Notes under the pieces: generated by a model | Databases searched by the model: none | What the model was told of the DNA's origin: nothing | Seen by the model: the letters and a program-made list of their open reading frames with translations, nothing else | Made by a program: the position numbers and the translations under genes | Shown: piece by piece, positions 28,160-38,553 of the stretch | Position numbering within the stretch: position 1 is the stretch's first letter | Layout: every line of letters starts with the position of its first letter | Assembly: GCA_964602395.1 (NCBI GenBank) | Contig: CAZRRC010000007.1 | Coordinates: forward strand, 181 to 64,180 | Source of the DNA: an uncultured Proteiniphilum sp. | GTDB taxonomy: Bacteria; Bacteroidota; Bacteroidia; Bacteroidales; Dysgonomonadaceae | Length of the DNA: 64,000 bases | Reading direction: 5' to 3'

Positions 28160-31100
28160 TCACAGCTTGGATGGAGATTTTCCGAAATGAGCCTTAAAAG
28201 CGGCACTAAAGTATTTTACACTCGAGAATCCGCACAATTCACTCACTTCAGTAATGGTGTACTTCCCCGACTGGATGAGTTTGAGTGCATGATTCAACCG
28301 GATGCTCTTAATGAAGTCGATCGGAGAGAGGTCGGTCAACGATTTGATCTTTTTATAAAGCAATGAGGAGCTGACATTCATCTCCGAAGCAAAGGTATCT
28401 TTATTAAATAGTTCATTGTCCATATGTGCATGCACCACACTCACCGCTTTCTTGACAAACTGATCGTCGAGTTCATTCAGATAAATGGATTCGCTCTCAT
28501 CTTCGTCGATGAGCCGGAGTGCTTTTTCTCTGACAATCTTCCTGTTTTGGATGATATTGGATATGCGTTGATGGAGTAAAGTCATATCGAATGGCTTGGT
28601 TAGATAATCATCAGCACCCAAACCCAGTCCGTGTAATTGTTGTGATTTCTCATTTAAGGCTGTCAGCAGAATGACCGGTATATGGGCTGTTTCAAACGTG
28701 GACTTGATGAGCCGGCACAATTCAAAACCATCCATATGGGGCATCATGATATCCGAGATAACCACATCGGGGATTTTAGTTTGTATCATATTCCAGGCTT
28801 CGACCCCATCTTTTGCAGTGATAATTTTGTATTTGCTCTGCAGTGACTGTTGGAGGAACACTTTTAAGTCTTCGTTGTCTTCCACAATGAGGAGATGCTC
28901 ACTCTTGTCGTTCTCCTGTGTATTTGCAAGAGTTGGTTCCTCCATGGCGCTGGTGAGTGATAGCGGAGACACATTCTGGGGTACCGTACCGGATAATCGG
29001 GGAGAGGAGATGGGTACCTCTTTATAGGGTATGGTGATGCGGAAAAGAGAACCTTCATTCTCCCTGCTCTCCAATGATACGGAACCACCGTGCATGGACA
29101 CATAATTCTTCACCAGAAGCAGGCCGATCCCTGAACCCACGATGGTGGAATTGACTGCGTTGTCGCCCCTGTAGAACTCTCTAAAGAGCTTCCTACTGGC
29201 ATTTTCGGAAATACCCAGACCATGATCCCGCACCGTCAGTATCCATTTGTGGGCATCGCAGGTCAGATCAATTTCAATCTTTCCCCCGGGATGCGAATAT
29301 TTAATGGCATTGGATATCAGATTGTCGGTCACTTTCTCAATTTTCAGTTCATCCACAGCAGTCACATAGGACTCCCGGTTGGAGGTAAACCGAAGCTTCA
29401 TGTCATTTTTTCTTGCAGCAGCCTCAAACATCGATTTCCGTTGGCTGATAATTTTTACCACATCGGCCATCACAAAAAACACCTGCCCTTTTCCAATATC
29501 AACTTTTTGAAAATCGAGAAGCTGATTGGCCACATAGGAAAGACGTGAGGACTGTTCCGTGGCCAGATTGAGATAGTAACGACCATCGACTGAGAGTGCT
29601 TTTTCCTTGTGCAGCTCCTCAATAGGAGCGTTAATCAGGGTGAGAGAAGTGCGGATGTCGTGCGCCATATTGGTGAAAAAGCGGATCTTATCTTCTGCAT
29701 GGTGTTGCTTGATGCGGTTGATGTAGAAGTGTAGTGTGAAAGCCAGTATACCCACACCCAATGTAAATAATATCAGACGGAACCAAAATGTGTTCCACCA
29801 GGGAGGGGTAATGTGAATCTGTAAGGATCGCTCGTTGATAATCTGTTTCAGTGTGCTGTCGTACATCCTGATTTTCAGCGAATAGTTTCCGCTGGGCATA
29901 CTTGCGTAAGTTATTGCGCGTAAATTGGCCGGCTCTGTCCATGCATCGTCAATACCTTCCATTTTCCAGGAGAATTTGGAGTAGAGGGAGGTTGTGCCGA
30001 TAGGCAGAAATTCAAGTGTCAGGGTATTCTGATCATATTTCAGTGATATATTTTGTAATTCATCCAGCGGTGAATTGATCGAAATAAGGGGGTTATTCCG
30101 CAGTGTCCGACCAGAGATCACGATATCCTGAAAAAAAATTCTCCCCGTAGAAGAGGAAAGAAGCACCGCATCAGGCTCGAACATGAGCGCCCCCCTGCTG
30201 GTACCCCATATCTGTTGTCCGTTTGTAAGCTTAATGGAAGAATTCTGGTTGAATGAGACGTTGAAATAGTGGGGAAGTGAGGAGAATACCATCACATTCT
30301 TCTCCTCGATATCGAATTTGCAGAGACCCGATTCGGTACCCAGCCATAGATATTTTCCTTCTCTGAGGATGCTGTTTACATAGTTTGAAGGCAAACCATC
30401 CCCGGTGGTAAACTTTTCAGTCGAGTTGTCTCTCAGATTGTATCGCAACAGACCATCGCCTGACGTGGCCATCCATACATCATCCCCAATGATGACCAGA
30501 TCATAGAGGAGGTAACCATCTAGAATTGTACGTGTCTCGCCAGATTGCTTGTCCATCAAGGACAATCCGTACGTACAGGCCAGCAGGAGGTTGCCAGGGG
30601 AGTGTTCTGCAAATGCATAGACCGGCTGAAAAGGATATGCAACAAAGCGTTTTTCACTTTCAACATAACGAAAAATTTGTCCCAGCGGGCTTCCCATCCA
30701 GAGATTACCGAGACTGTCTTTAAAAATATCAAAGATAAAATCGTTGGTTAGGTTGGAATTGGATATGTCACTGGCATAATGAGCGATTTCCCTGCCCGTT
30801 TTCCCGTCGATGATATAGACTCCCGACGAATAGGTGCCTGCCCAGATATTTCCATTGCGGTCTTCACACAGGGAGAGAAAAACCTGAGCCTGATCCTGCA
30901 GGTTTTGATAATAGGTGTGCCAGCTGTCGGTGGCGACGTTCCAACAGCTCACACCGTTATTGGTTGCAAACCAAATATTTCCTCTGCTGTCTTCTAACAC
31001 TTTGTTTACATCGTCGTTACCCAGTGAGTTGGGGTGATTGATCTGATGGGTGATTAGTGAGACATCGGCCAATCTCTGATCAAAATAAGATAATCCCCCG

Positions 31101-32047
31101 CTGAAGGTGCAGACCCACACACGTTTGTGCGGATCCAGGAAAATGTCATAGACCCCATTCCCCTTCAGCGAGAGCGGATTGTCGGCATTTTCTTTATAAA
31201 TATTCAAGAGCGTGTGACCGTCCTTTGTCAATTCCCAAATTCCTTGTCCGTCAATTCCGACCATTACCGTGGAATCTGTGTTTGCCACAATGGCATTGAT
31301 AGGTTGTTTTGGGAAAGGACTCACCTGCGATTTGGTCATGATATTCCTGGAAATATCATAGAGATACAACCCGTGGGAGTTTGTCCCTACCCACAACATT
31401 TCATCCGGTTTGTTGTAGTAAAGTTTGGTGACTTTAATTGTGTTGTTGTCGCTGTATTTGAAGATCTGCCGACTGGAGAGCGTGTGGATGTTCATCATCC
31501 AGAAACCGTTGTTGGCAGCCATCAGCAGATGGGTGTCATCATACCAGGTCAAGTCGTGAACATCCGCGTATTTCTCTTTCCCTAACTTTATCAGCTTATT
31601 ATCCTGGAATTTATATAAGCCGGAAGATGCAGCGATCAGGATTGCGCCGTTGTTGTCGATTGCAATCCTATTTAGAACTAAGTGGCTGTCTTTGAGTGGT
31701 TTGCGAATATCAATTATCAGGTCAAACCGGTCATATACAGCATTGTAATGAAATATCTGCCCGTTGTTGGTAAATGCCAGCAACGAATCTTTTTCGTATA
31801 ATAGTTTCGTATAAATAATATTGGGCGTTTCATAGGGTAACTGATAGATATGATGACTACTGTCGGTCAACCGTAACACGCCCGCTTTCGAAGATGCCCA
31901 GATAAATCCGTTTTTGTCTTTACATACAGAAGCCATTTCTCTCAGGCTTATTCCGTGAATGCTGTTGATGTCATAGAATTTTACATTCGAGGAATAGCTG
32001 CAAAAAACAGAAAAAAGGAAAGCAATAAAGATGTATCTGATTTTCAT
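28160..32047 (-). CDS. Hybrid two-component system sensor-regulator (XynR-like)
   Basis: Beta-propeller Reg_prop repeats, Y_Y_Y domain, transmembrane helix (PPWWNTFWF), HisKA FFTNMAHDIRTS, HATPase NLISNAIKY/GSGIGL, receiver ISDIMMP, AraC HTH GFSSVKYFS. Probable ATG at 32047 or 32059; ORF-track start is 32167. Confidence 0.95.
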   Translation of the reverse strand: MKIRYIFIAFLFSVFCSYSSNVKFYDINSIHGISLREMASVCKDKNGFIWASSKAGVLRLTDSSHHIYQLPYETPNIIYTKLLYEKDSLLAFTNNGQIFHYNAVYDRFDLIIDIRKPLKDSHLVLNRIAIDNNGAILIAASSGLYKFQDNKLIKLGKEKYADVHDLTWYDDTHLLMAANNGFWMMNIHTLSSRQIFKYSDNNTIKVTKLYYNKPDEMLWVGTNSHGLYLYDISRNIMTKSQVSPFPKQPINAIVANTDSTVMVGIDGQGIWELTKDGHTLLNIYKENADNPLSLKGNGVYDIFLDPHKRVWVCTFSGGLSYFDQRLADVSLITHQINHPNSLGNDDVNKVLEDSRGNIWFATNNGVSCWNVATDSWHTYYQNLQDQAQVFLSLCEDRNGNIWAGTYSSGVYIIDGKTGREIAHYASDISNSNLTNDFIFDIFKDSLGNLWMGSPLGQIFRYVESEKRFVAYPFQPVYAFAEHSPGNLLLACTYGLSLMDKQSGETRTILDGYLLYDLVIIGDDVWMATSGDGLLRYNLRDNSTEKFTTGDGLPSNYVNSILREGKYLWLGTESGLCKFDIEEKNVMVFSSLPHYFNVSFNQNSSIKLTNGQQIWGTSRGALMFEPDAVLLSSSTGRIFFQDIVISGRTLRNNPLISINSPLDELQNISLKYDQNTLTLEFLPIGTTSLYSKFSWKMEGIDDAWTEPANLRAITYASMPSGNYSLKIRMYDSTLKQIINERSLQIHITPPWWNTFWFRLILFTLGVGILAFTLHFYINRIKQHHAEDKIRFFTNMAHDIRTSLTLINAPIEELHKEKALSVDGRYYLNLATEQSSRLSYVANQLLDFQKVDIGKGQVFFVMADVVKIISQRKSMFEAAARKNDMKLRFTSNRESYVTAVDELKIEKVTDNLISNAIKYSHPGGKIEIDLTCDAHKWILTVRDHGLGISENASRKLFREFYRGDNAVNSTIVGSGIGLLLVKNYVSMHGGSVSLESRENEGSLFRITIPYKEVPISSPRLSGTVPQNVSPLSLTSAMEEPTLANTQENDKSEHLLIVEDNEDLKVFLQQSLQSKYKIITAKDGVEAWNMIQTKIPDVVISDIMMPHMDGFELCRLIKSTFETAHIPVILLTALNEKSQQLHGLGLGADDYLTKPFDMTLLHQRISNIIQNRKIVREKALRLIDEDESESIYLNELDDQFVKKAVSVVHAHMDNELFNKDTFASEMNVSSSLLYKKIKSLTDLSPIDFIKSIRLNHALKLIQSGKYTITEVSELCGFSSVKYFSAAFKAHFGKSPSKL

Positions 32048-32145
32048 TCGCAATTTCATTCTTGTGCACAGGCGATCAATTATCCGGAAGCTCTTATGAC
32101 TCATTTTCGGAGATAAACCTATGCAGATGGTCCACAAGCAGACTT

Positions 32146-32153
32146 CAAAGATA
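32146..32153 (-). promoter_or_regulatory. -7 promoter element (TATCTTTG) for the HTCS gene
   Basis: Exact TAnnTTTG about 90-100 bp upstream of the likely ATG, with a TTG element 21 nt upstream as a possible -33. Confidence 0.6.
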
Positions 32154-32223
32154 ATAAAATTTGTCAAAGCATCACAACAATGAACTAATTCATTGGAGTC
32201 ACAGGCTTCCGGATATCATTCGC

Positions 32224-35200
32224 TTATTTTTTTATCTGATCATAGGCAACTCCGCTGTTTTTGATGTGAAAATAATCGAACGAAACATCGAAAGGCGTCT
32301 CCGGTTTGGTGGTATCGGAATCAAACCAGAAGGTGCTGGTCATGCTCTGCGTGATGATCCCGTCGCAGGCAATCAGGCCAACTTTGATGTCCCGTAGGGT
32401 GGCATCTACACTCCCGAGCTGTTTATACTCCTTTCCGTCAAGCGAGTAGTAGGCTGTAAAGTGAGCACCTGCTTTTGTGAGCCGCAGGTATAGGGGTTGT
32501 TCACCGGTAATCATCTCCGCCAGGTCAAAAGTAGCCACCGATCGAGCGATGTCATTTTCTTCCAATAGCAGCTCAACGGTACCCGGTTGGGGCTCTTTCT
32601 GGCGGGTGGTTTTGGTCACCGCACGAAGCATCAACTTCACGAAGTTGTGGTCGTCCTGCCAGGCAGTGATTCCCGCATTTTCCGGTTGTGAGGGAGCCCT
32701 TGAACCAACCAGTTTTGTCTCCACGGTCCAGTCGTTATTGGCACTCTGCAGTAGCAGGTTGCGGACGTTGTTGCTTTGCTCTGAGATGTCTCCTTTTTCG
32801 GTGGTAATGGTGAGTGAACCCGGGTTGGATGTGAAGGAATGATTTTCTTTGTTTTCCTTGATCCATTCCCACTGTGAACCGATGTAACTGTTGTTGAACT
32901 CATCGCTCACAGCCGAGCGGTCGAAGTTAAGGTAGTAACAGTTCTCTTCCATCGTATGGTAATCAATAAAACGTACAATGGTTGTGCCGGGAATTGTAGA
33001 GGCCTGTTCAATCTCCACGCCCGTAGTTTCACTCATTGCTGCCGCTTCTACCACGGGAATGGCCGACTGATCCTTCATCAGGAAGCTGTATGCCTTCACT
33101 TCCGGCTTGAACTGAATAAGAGGCTTGCCGTTCACTAAGATTGAGGCGGGTGTTAGATTGGGAATCACCTTGACTGGATAACTGTCGGATGCGGTGGAGC
33201 CGTTGTAGGTGGCATAGGCGGAGATGGAAGCAACACCCGGTTGCAATGCCGTGATGGTTCCGTTTTGATCCACTGTAGCCACCGAAGGGTTGTTGCTTTT
33301 ATATCGGATCTGCAATTGTGCTGGAGAGACAAAGCTGTCGTCCTTCAATGTGGCTGATACATGGATTCCAGTTGTTTCTCCCGGTTGCAGGATCATCTTC
33401 TCGACCTCGGCAACTACGGTTTCCACCGTTTCCCTGAATTGTCCTTTCATTTCCGCTTCTACCACCCCCCGGATGTCACTTGAAGAGGCACCCACCTCAA
33501 AGACGTGGGTGCCCTGGTCGAAGGTGATGCGTTTACTTCTCTCGTCCCAGTACCACAGATCGGCGCAATCGATGTCGATGGAAACGGTTTGGGTTTGCCC
33601 CGCGGGAATGGTTACCCGCTTAAATCCTTTCAGTCGCTTGAGGGGCCGTCCCTTTGCTGTGGCGTCGTGTGTTCTCTGATAGATCTGCACAATCTCGTCG
33701 CCATCCATCTTTCCGCTGTTGGTTACATCTGCGGTAATCGTAATGCGGTCATAGGGCGTGATCTCTTTTTTGCTGATGCTGAAATCACTATAGTCGAAAG
33801 TGGTGTAGGAGAGGCCATGCCCGAACTCGTAGGAGACCTCCTTGTCGAAATACCAGTAGGTTCTGCCGTTCCTGGTTTCATCTCCCCGCAGCGAATAGTC
33901 GCCAAATTCAGGAAGATCATTCACGGAGCGATACCAAGTCACACTGCTCTTACCACCCGGATTAACCTCGCCAAAGAGGATTTTAGCCATGGCTGCTCCC
34001 TGTGCTTGGCCATTGTAACCTGTATAAATCAAGCCCGGGATGTACCGGTTTTGCTTGATCTCTTCCACCTCCACCATACCCATGGACTGCAATACCACGA
34101 TGGTGTTGGGATTGACAGCAGCGACCGACCGGATGAGCTGCATCTGGTTGCCCGGCAAGGAGAGTGAAAAACGGTCGGACTCCTCTCTACCGGTATTTTG
34201 GTCTGTACCCACGAAAATGAGTGCCACATCGGCAGAGGCCACTCTTTTTAGCATGTCCGCGTCTACCGACTCGGCTTGTGGCTCACGGAATACAAAGTAG
34301 AGATCCTGTGATCCTGCGATCCCCAGCCTGTTTACCTTAAGTGCAATCCTTGTCCCTCTACCAAAGGAATGGGGGCCGCCGCCCTCGATGGTTTTCGATG
34401 CAATGACATTTCCTGTAGCAGCACCTACCCTTACTTCGAGGGTACCTCCATTCTGTACCACGTTCAGTTGCAGGATCAATGAATCAAGGTGGGTGATGTC
34501 GATATTTTTATAGGCTGTCCAGTCACCATCTTTGATACCTTGCAGTGTGAGATTCCCAAATCGCGTTGCAGAGATGATCCCGGGAGCGGCAGCATCATAA
34601 GCCGTGGCAGCATAATCCCTGCTTTCACCGTTGCTGTTGCGTGTGGTGAAATTGCGCAACACAAAAAAATCTGTTTTACGGCTGGTATTGCCTCCTTCTG
34701 CATGAAACAGTTCGATGGGGAGATGGTGTTGTTCGATGTAGTTGCGCAATCCCTGAAGATGAGAGATGCTATAGTGTTCCTCTATCGGGCCGGAGTAATC
34801 ACCTAGTTCCATCCGGTTGGCTTGTGGCCCCAATACCGCTATGGTTCGTATTTTCTCCGTAGATAGGGGTAACGCTTTGATGCCAGTGGTTGCCACCGGT
34901 TCATTTTTCAGCAGGACAGGACTCTTTGTCGCAATCTCCAGCGCAAGTTCATTGTGAGCAGGATCGTTGATGATATCAGGTCTGAGCCTGGAGTAAGGAA
35001 CCACTGTGGGAGGATCAAACTCGCCCAGCCGCATACGGATGGTCATCATGTTGATCAATGCCTTGTCGATATTCGCCATGGTAATCAATCCCCTGTTCAA
35101 TGCCTCGAGGGCGTTGCTCTGATATTCCCCACCGCAGTCGGAGTCCACACCTGCCTTCAGACCGGCAGCTGTAGCCTCCACGCCATCTTTCAAAAAGTGA

Positions 35201-36072
35201 TGCCCTTGAAATATATCGGAAATAGCACCACAGTCGCCGGTCACATAGCCCTTCATCCCATAGGTTTTCCTTGCAATGGAGTCGACCAGGAAAGTACTGG
35301 CTGATACCGGTACTCCGTTCACGGCATTATAGGCCGTCATGATGGAAGGGAGGTTTTCTTTTTCAATCAGTGCCTTGTAGGGGGCGAGGTAGTACTCGCG
35401 CATATCCCGTTCGTCGAGTTCCGAGTTTCCGTTGTGGCGGTTGTATTCGCTGTTGTTGGCGATGTAATGCTTGCCGGTAGGTACTGTTTTCAGGTATCTG
35501 GGATCATCACCCATCATCCCTTTCACAAAACCGTTAGCCAGTTCGGAGACTAGGAAGGGATCTTCGCTGTAGCTCTCTGCTGTTCGTCCCCAACGGGGAT
35601 CTCTTGCCGGTTCGATGACCGGTGACCAGTAGGTAAGTGTGAAGATGCGTTCGTTGTTGAATCCTCGTGCTTCATCCGCAATTACGGATGCCTCCTTCCG
35701 AATCAGCTCCGGGTCCCAAGTGCTGCCCACGGCGATGCTGTTGGGAAAGGAGGTGGCTGTCATTCCAGCGTTGTCGTTTCTGCCAACTACACCGTGCAAT
35801 GCTTCTCCCCATACGTCATACTTGTTGATTCCCAGCCGGGGTACCGGTGACATGGTATTCCCCAGCAACGTTTGTTTTTCCTCGGGTGTCAGGCGCGAGA
35901 CAAGATCGGTTGCCCGCTCTTCAAAGGAGTAAGCGGTGTTCAGGTAGATGGGAAGCATGTTTTTTCCCTTGTTGGAAGGTTGGGCAATGAGGCCATTGAA
36001 AGAAAAAACAAGCAGAAGTATGCAAAAAGTGAATAATCTTATGATTGTGTTGTCTATAGTGTCCTGTTTCAT
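32224..36072 (-). CDS. Multimodular GH3 beta-xylosidase (CBM6 insert, Fn3, Ig-like, C-terminal ConA-like domain)
   Basis: WGEALHG, RDPRWGRTAESYSEDP, KHY, TGDCGA (nucleophile), GREESDR (acid/base); CBM6-like insert about 34285-34660; Fn3-like; Big_2; C-terminal SDEF..W.W...lectin-like domain; signal peptide. Confidence 0.92.
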   Translation of the reverse strand: MKQDTIDNTIIRLFTFCILLLVFSFNGLIAQPSNKGKNMLPIYLNTAYSFEERATDLVSRLTPEEKQTLLGNTMSPVPRLGINKYDVWGEALHGVVGRNDNAGMTATSFPNSIAVGSTWDPELIRKEASVIADEARGFNNERIFTLTYWSPVIEPARDPRWGRTAESYSEDPFLVSELANGFVKGMMGDDPRYLKTVPTGKHYIANNSEYNRHNGNSELDERDMREYYLAPYKALIEKENLPSIMTAYNAVNGVPVSASTFLVDSIARKTYGMKGYVTGDCGAISDIFQGHHFLKDGVEATAAGLKAGVDSDCGGEYQSNALEALNRGLITMANIDKALINMMTIRMRLGEFDPPTVVPYSRLRPDIINDPAHNELALEIATKSPVLLKNEPVATTGIKALPLSTEKIRTIAVLGPQANRMELGDYSGPIEEHYSISHLQGLRNYIEQHHLPIELFHAEGGNTSRKTDFFVLRNFTTRNSNGESRDYAATAYDAAAPGIISATRFGNLTLQGIKDGDWTAYKNIDITHLDSLILQLNVVQNGGTLEVRVGAATGNVIASKTIEGGGPHSFGRGTRIALKVNRLGIAGSQDLYFVFREPQAESVDADMLKRVASADVALIFVGTDQNTGREESDRFSLSLPGNQMQLIRSVAAVNPNTIVVLQSMGMVEVEEIKQNRYIPGLIYTGYNGQAQGAAMAKILFGEVNPGGKSSVTWYRSVNDLPEFGDYSLRGDETRNGRTYWYFDKEVSYEFGHGLSYTTFDYSDFSISKKEITPYDRITITADVTNSGKMDGDEIVQIYQRTHDATAKGRPLKRLKGFKRVTIPAGQTQTVSIDIDCADLWYWDERSKRITFDQGTHVFEVGASSSDIRGVVEAEMKGQFRETVETVVAEVEKMILQPGETTGIHVSATLKDDSFVSPAQLQIRYKSNNPSVATVDQNGTITALQPGVASISAYATYNGSTASDSYPVKVIPNLTPASILVNGKPLIQFKPEVKAYSFLMKDQSAIPVVEAAAMSETTGVEIEQASTIPGTTIVRFIDYHTMEENCYYLNFDRSAVSDEFNNSYIGSQWEWIKENKENHSFTSNPGSLTITTEKGDISEQSNNVRNLLLQSANNDWTVETKLVGSRAPSQPENAGITAWQDDHNFVKLMLRAVTKTTRQKEPQPGTVELLLEENDIARSVATFDLAEMITGEQPLYLRLTKAGAHFTAYYSLDGKEYKQLGSVDATLRDIKVGLIACDGIITQSMTSTFWFDSDTTKPETPFDVSFDYFHIKNSGVAYDQIKK

Positions 36073-36108
36073 TTTTATTTCTTATTTAGGATGGTTGTGA
36101 CCGGTTGA

Positions 36109-36116
36109 CAAATATA
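36109..36116 (-). promoter_or_regulatory. Possible internal -7 promoter element (TATATTTG) upstream of GH3
   Basis: Exact TAnnTTTG directly after the GH95 stop and 37 nt before the GH3 ATG; could occur by chance in AT-rich DNA. Confidence 0.35.
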
Positions 36117-38543
36117 TTATTGTTTTCTTTCGATGCGATACTTTTGTCCCGCACGGGTCTGGAGATCATATTCAAAAACTTCACGTAGAGCATCTCTCTC
36201 AGTCATTACTGCTTCATCGCTGATCAGCGGTGTTTTCACTGTCGCTTTCTGAAAGAGTGGATTGGGGTTCTCATCGGATGCCGGGGTCAATCCTTTTCCT
36301 TCCAGCGGCACGTAGGAACGGATGCGCAGGTTCCCTCCCAAATGCGAGGTGAAGATGGCTTTTTGTAATTGTCCCTCTCTCCATTCCATCGCCACCTCAA
36401 ATCCTCCGCGGGCTACAATGCCCGAAACCGACCCACTCTTCCAGTTCTCCGGCAACGCTGGCAATAGGTGTACGGCCTTGTCGTGGCTCTGCAGCAACAT
36501 CTCCGCCACACCCGCAGTCAGCCCGAAGTTGCCGTCGATCTGGAAGGGGGGATGGGCCGTGAAGAGATTGGGGTAGGTTCTCCCGTTCCTATTTCCATCG
36601 CGTCCGGCAAGTGTCAGCATGTGCTGGATGATCTTGTAGGCATGATCTCCGTCTAGAAGACGCGCCCAGAGGTTTACCTTCCAGCCGATGGACCAGCCAG
36701 TGGCCTGGTCGCCGCGATAGCGCAGCGACTGTTTGGCAGCTTCAAACAGTTGGGGAGTGGAGTAGGGTGATATTTGGTTTCCCGGGTAAAGACCATAGAG
36801 GTGCGACACATGGCGGTGCTCGTTTTTGGGATCATCCAGATCTTCCAGCCACTCCTGCAACTGCGCATGTTTGCCGATCTGCATGGGAGGCAGTCTGTCG
36901 GACATCCGACGCAGCTGCTCACTGTATCCGGGATCCTTTCCCAGCAGATCGGCCACTACAGCCGTATTGTGGAATAGATCGAACAGCAACTGGTTGTCCA
37001 TGGTGGTACCGGCAGTCACAGGTCCCTGTTCCGGTGAAACTGAGGGTGACACCACCATCCAACCATTTTCGGGATGGGGTATCAGTGTGGAGAGGAAAAA
37101 GTCAGCTGCTCCCTTCATAACCGGGTAGTATTGTTCCAGGAAGGTTTTGTCACCGGTGAAGAGGTAGTGTTCCCAAAGGTGCTGACAGAGCCAAGCTCCC
37201 CCCGTAGGCCACATACCGGCAGCGGCGTAATCTACCGGGCCGGTGATTCTCCAGATGTCGGTGTTGTGGTGTACCACCCACCCGTCGGCGTTGTACATGG
37301 TGCGTGCGGTTTGTTGTCCCGTACGACTCAGCTCTTCCATCATCCGGAAGAAAGGCTGATGGGTTTCCGTGAGATTGGTCACCTCAGCGGGCCAGTAGTT
37401 CATCTCGGCATTGATGTTGAGCGTGTACTTGCTATCCCATGCCGGGTTGGTGCTGTTGTTCCATATACCTTGCAGATTGGCCGGCTGTCCCCCCGGTTGT
37501 GAGGAGCAGATTAAGAGGTAACGTCCGAACTGGGTTAACAGTGTTACCAGGGCCGGATCCTGACTGTGGGCAAATGATGCGATTCGCTGTGTGGTGGTCA
37601 GCTGTTGGGCGTCTGCCGCTTGTCCAAGATTGAGATTGAACCGTTGAAACTGTCGGACATAGATATCCCTATGGCTTTTGATCGCTTTGTTATAGGGCTT
37701 TCTGAGAACGGCATTCAGCAAACCAGTGGCTATAGTCGTCGGATTCCTGTCCAGGGTTTGATAATCGCGGAAGCTGGTTCCTATCGACAGGTAGAGTATG
37801 GCTTCCGTAGCATGGGTGACACGAATCCTCTCCTCATTCACTTCCACCGATCCGCCTTTCTGTCTGACCGTGGTTTGGATCTCATAGTCAATTTTTCCGA
37901 GGATGCCTTCATGGTCACCTCCCCGTCCTTTCAATACCAATCTGTCATCTTGTTTTGAGACGGTGTGTTTTGACGGATTCCGAAAAGTGGCTTCAAATGA
38001 GATACTTCTTTTTTTATCGGCTGTCAAGCGCAAGATGATCACGTCATCGGCGAAAGAGGTGAAGAGTTCACGGGTATAGGTGATACCCTCTACGGTATAG
38101 CGTGTGGTGGCAACAGCTCTTTCCAAATCCAGCTCACGGTAATAATGGTTGTAATTGTTGTGGCCTTCAAAATGAAGTATCAGGCTACCGGCAGTCTGGT
38201 AAGGCATACCATGGGGTCCCCCGAAGAAGGTTTCGTTGATTCGTTTGTCGGCTTCTCCATACTCTTTCCCGAAGATCAAATCATGCACTTCACCCAGTGC
38301 TCCGGCCGCTTTCGGGTTGTCGTTCCGATGCGGTGATCCCCCCCAGATGGTCTCTTCGTTGAGTTGAATTTCCTCTTCGGATGGGTTGCCATAGACCATT
38401 GCCCCAAGCCTGCTATTGCCTAAGGGGAGTGCTTCCTCCCATATTTTCGCTGGTGTGTCGTACCATAGCTTCAGATCCTGTGCAGGCAGATGAAAAGCAA
38501 AAAGGATCGTCAATGAGGTGATGATAAGTTGTATTTTGTTCAT
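36117..38543 (-). CDS. GH95 alpha-1,2-L-fucosidase / alpha-L-galactosidase
   Basis: [51 protein letters not shown]; signal peptide. Confidence 0.93.
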   Translation of the reverse strand: MNKIQLIITSLTILFAFHLPAQDLKLWYDTPAKIWEEALPLGNSRLGAMVYGNPSEEEIQLNEETIWGGSPHRNDNPKAAGALGEVHDLIFGKEYGEADKRINETFFGGPHGMPYQTAGSLILHFEGHNNYNHYYRELDLERAVATTRYTVEGITYTRELFTSFADDVIILRLTADKKRSISFEATFRNPSKHTVSKQDDRLVLKGRGGDHEGILGKIDYEIQTTVRQKGGSVEVNEERIRVTHATEAILYLSIGTSFRDYQTLDRNPTTIATGLLNAVLRKPYNKAIKSHRDIYVRQFQRFNLNLGQAADAQQLTTTQRIASFAHSQDPALVTLLTQFGRYLLICSSQPGGQPANLQGIWNNSTNPAWDSKYTLNINAEMNYWPAEVTNLTETHQPFFRMMEELSRTGQQTARTMYNADGWVVHHNTDIWRITGPVDYAAAGMWPTGGAWLCQHLWEHYLFTGDKTFLEQYYPVMKGAADFFLSTLIPHPENGWMVVSPSVSPEQGPVTAGTTMDNQLLFDLFHNTAVVADLLGKDPGYSEQLRRMSDRLPPMQIGKHAQLQEWLEDLDDPKNEHRHVSHLYGLYPGNQISPYSTPQLFEAAKQSLRYRGDQATGWSIGWKVNLWARLLDGDHAYKIIQHMLTLAGRDGNRNGRTYPNLFTAHPPFQIDGNFGLTAGVAEMLLQSHDKAVHLLPALPENWKSGSVSGIVARGGFEVAMEWREGQLQKAIFTSHLGGNLRIRSYVPLEGKGLTPASDENPNPLFQKATVKTPLISDEAVMTERDALREVFEYDLQTRAGQKYRIERKQ

Positions 38544-38553
38544 TGTTTACGTT

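Noticed and set aside
28084-32167. ORF-track starts at 28084 and 32167 (also 17791, 10754, 43137, 4167)
   Set aside because: They are alternative codons or overlap promoters or neighbouring genes; downstream ATGs give proper signal peptides.
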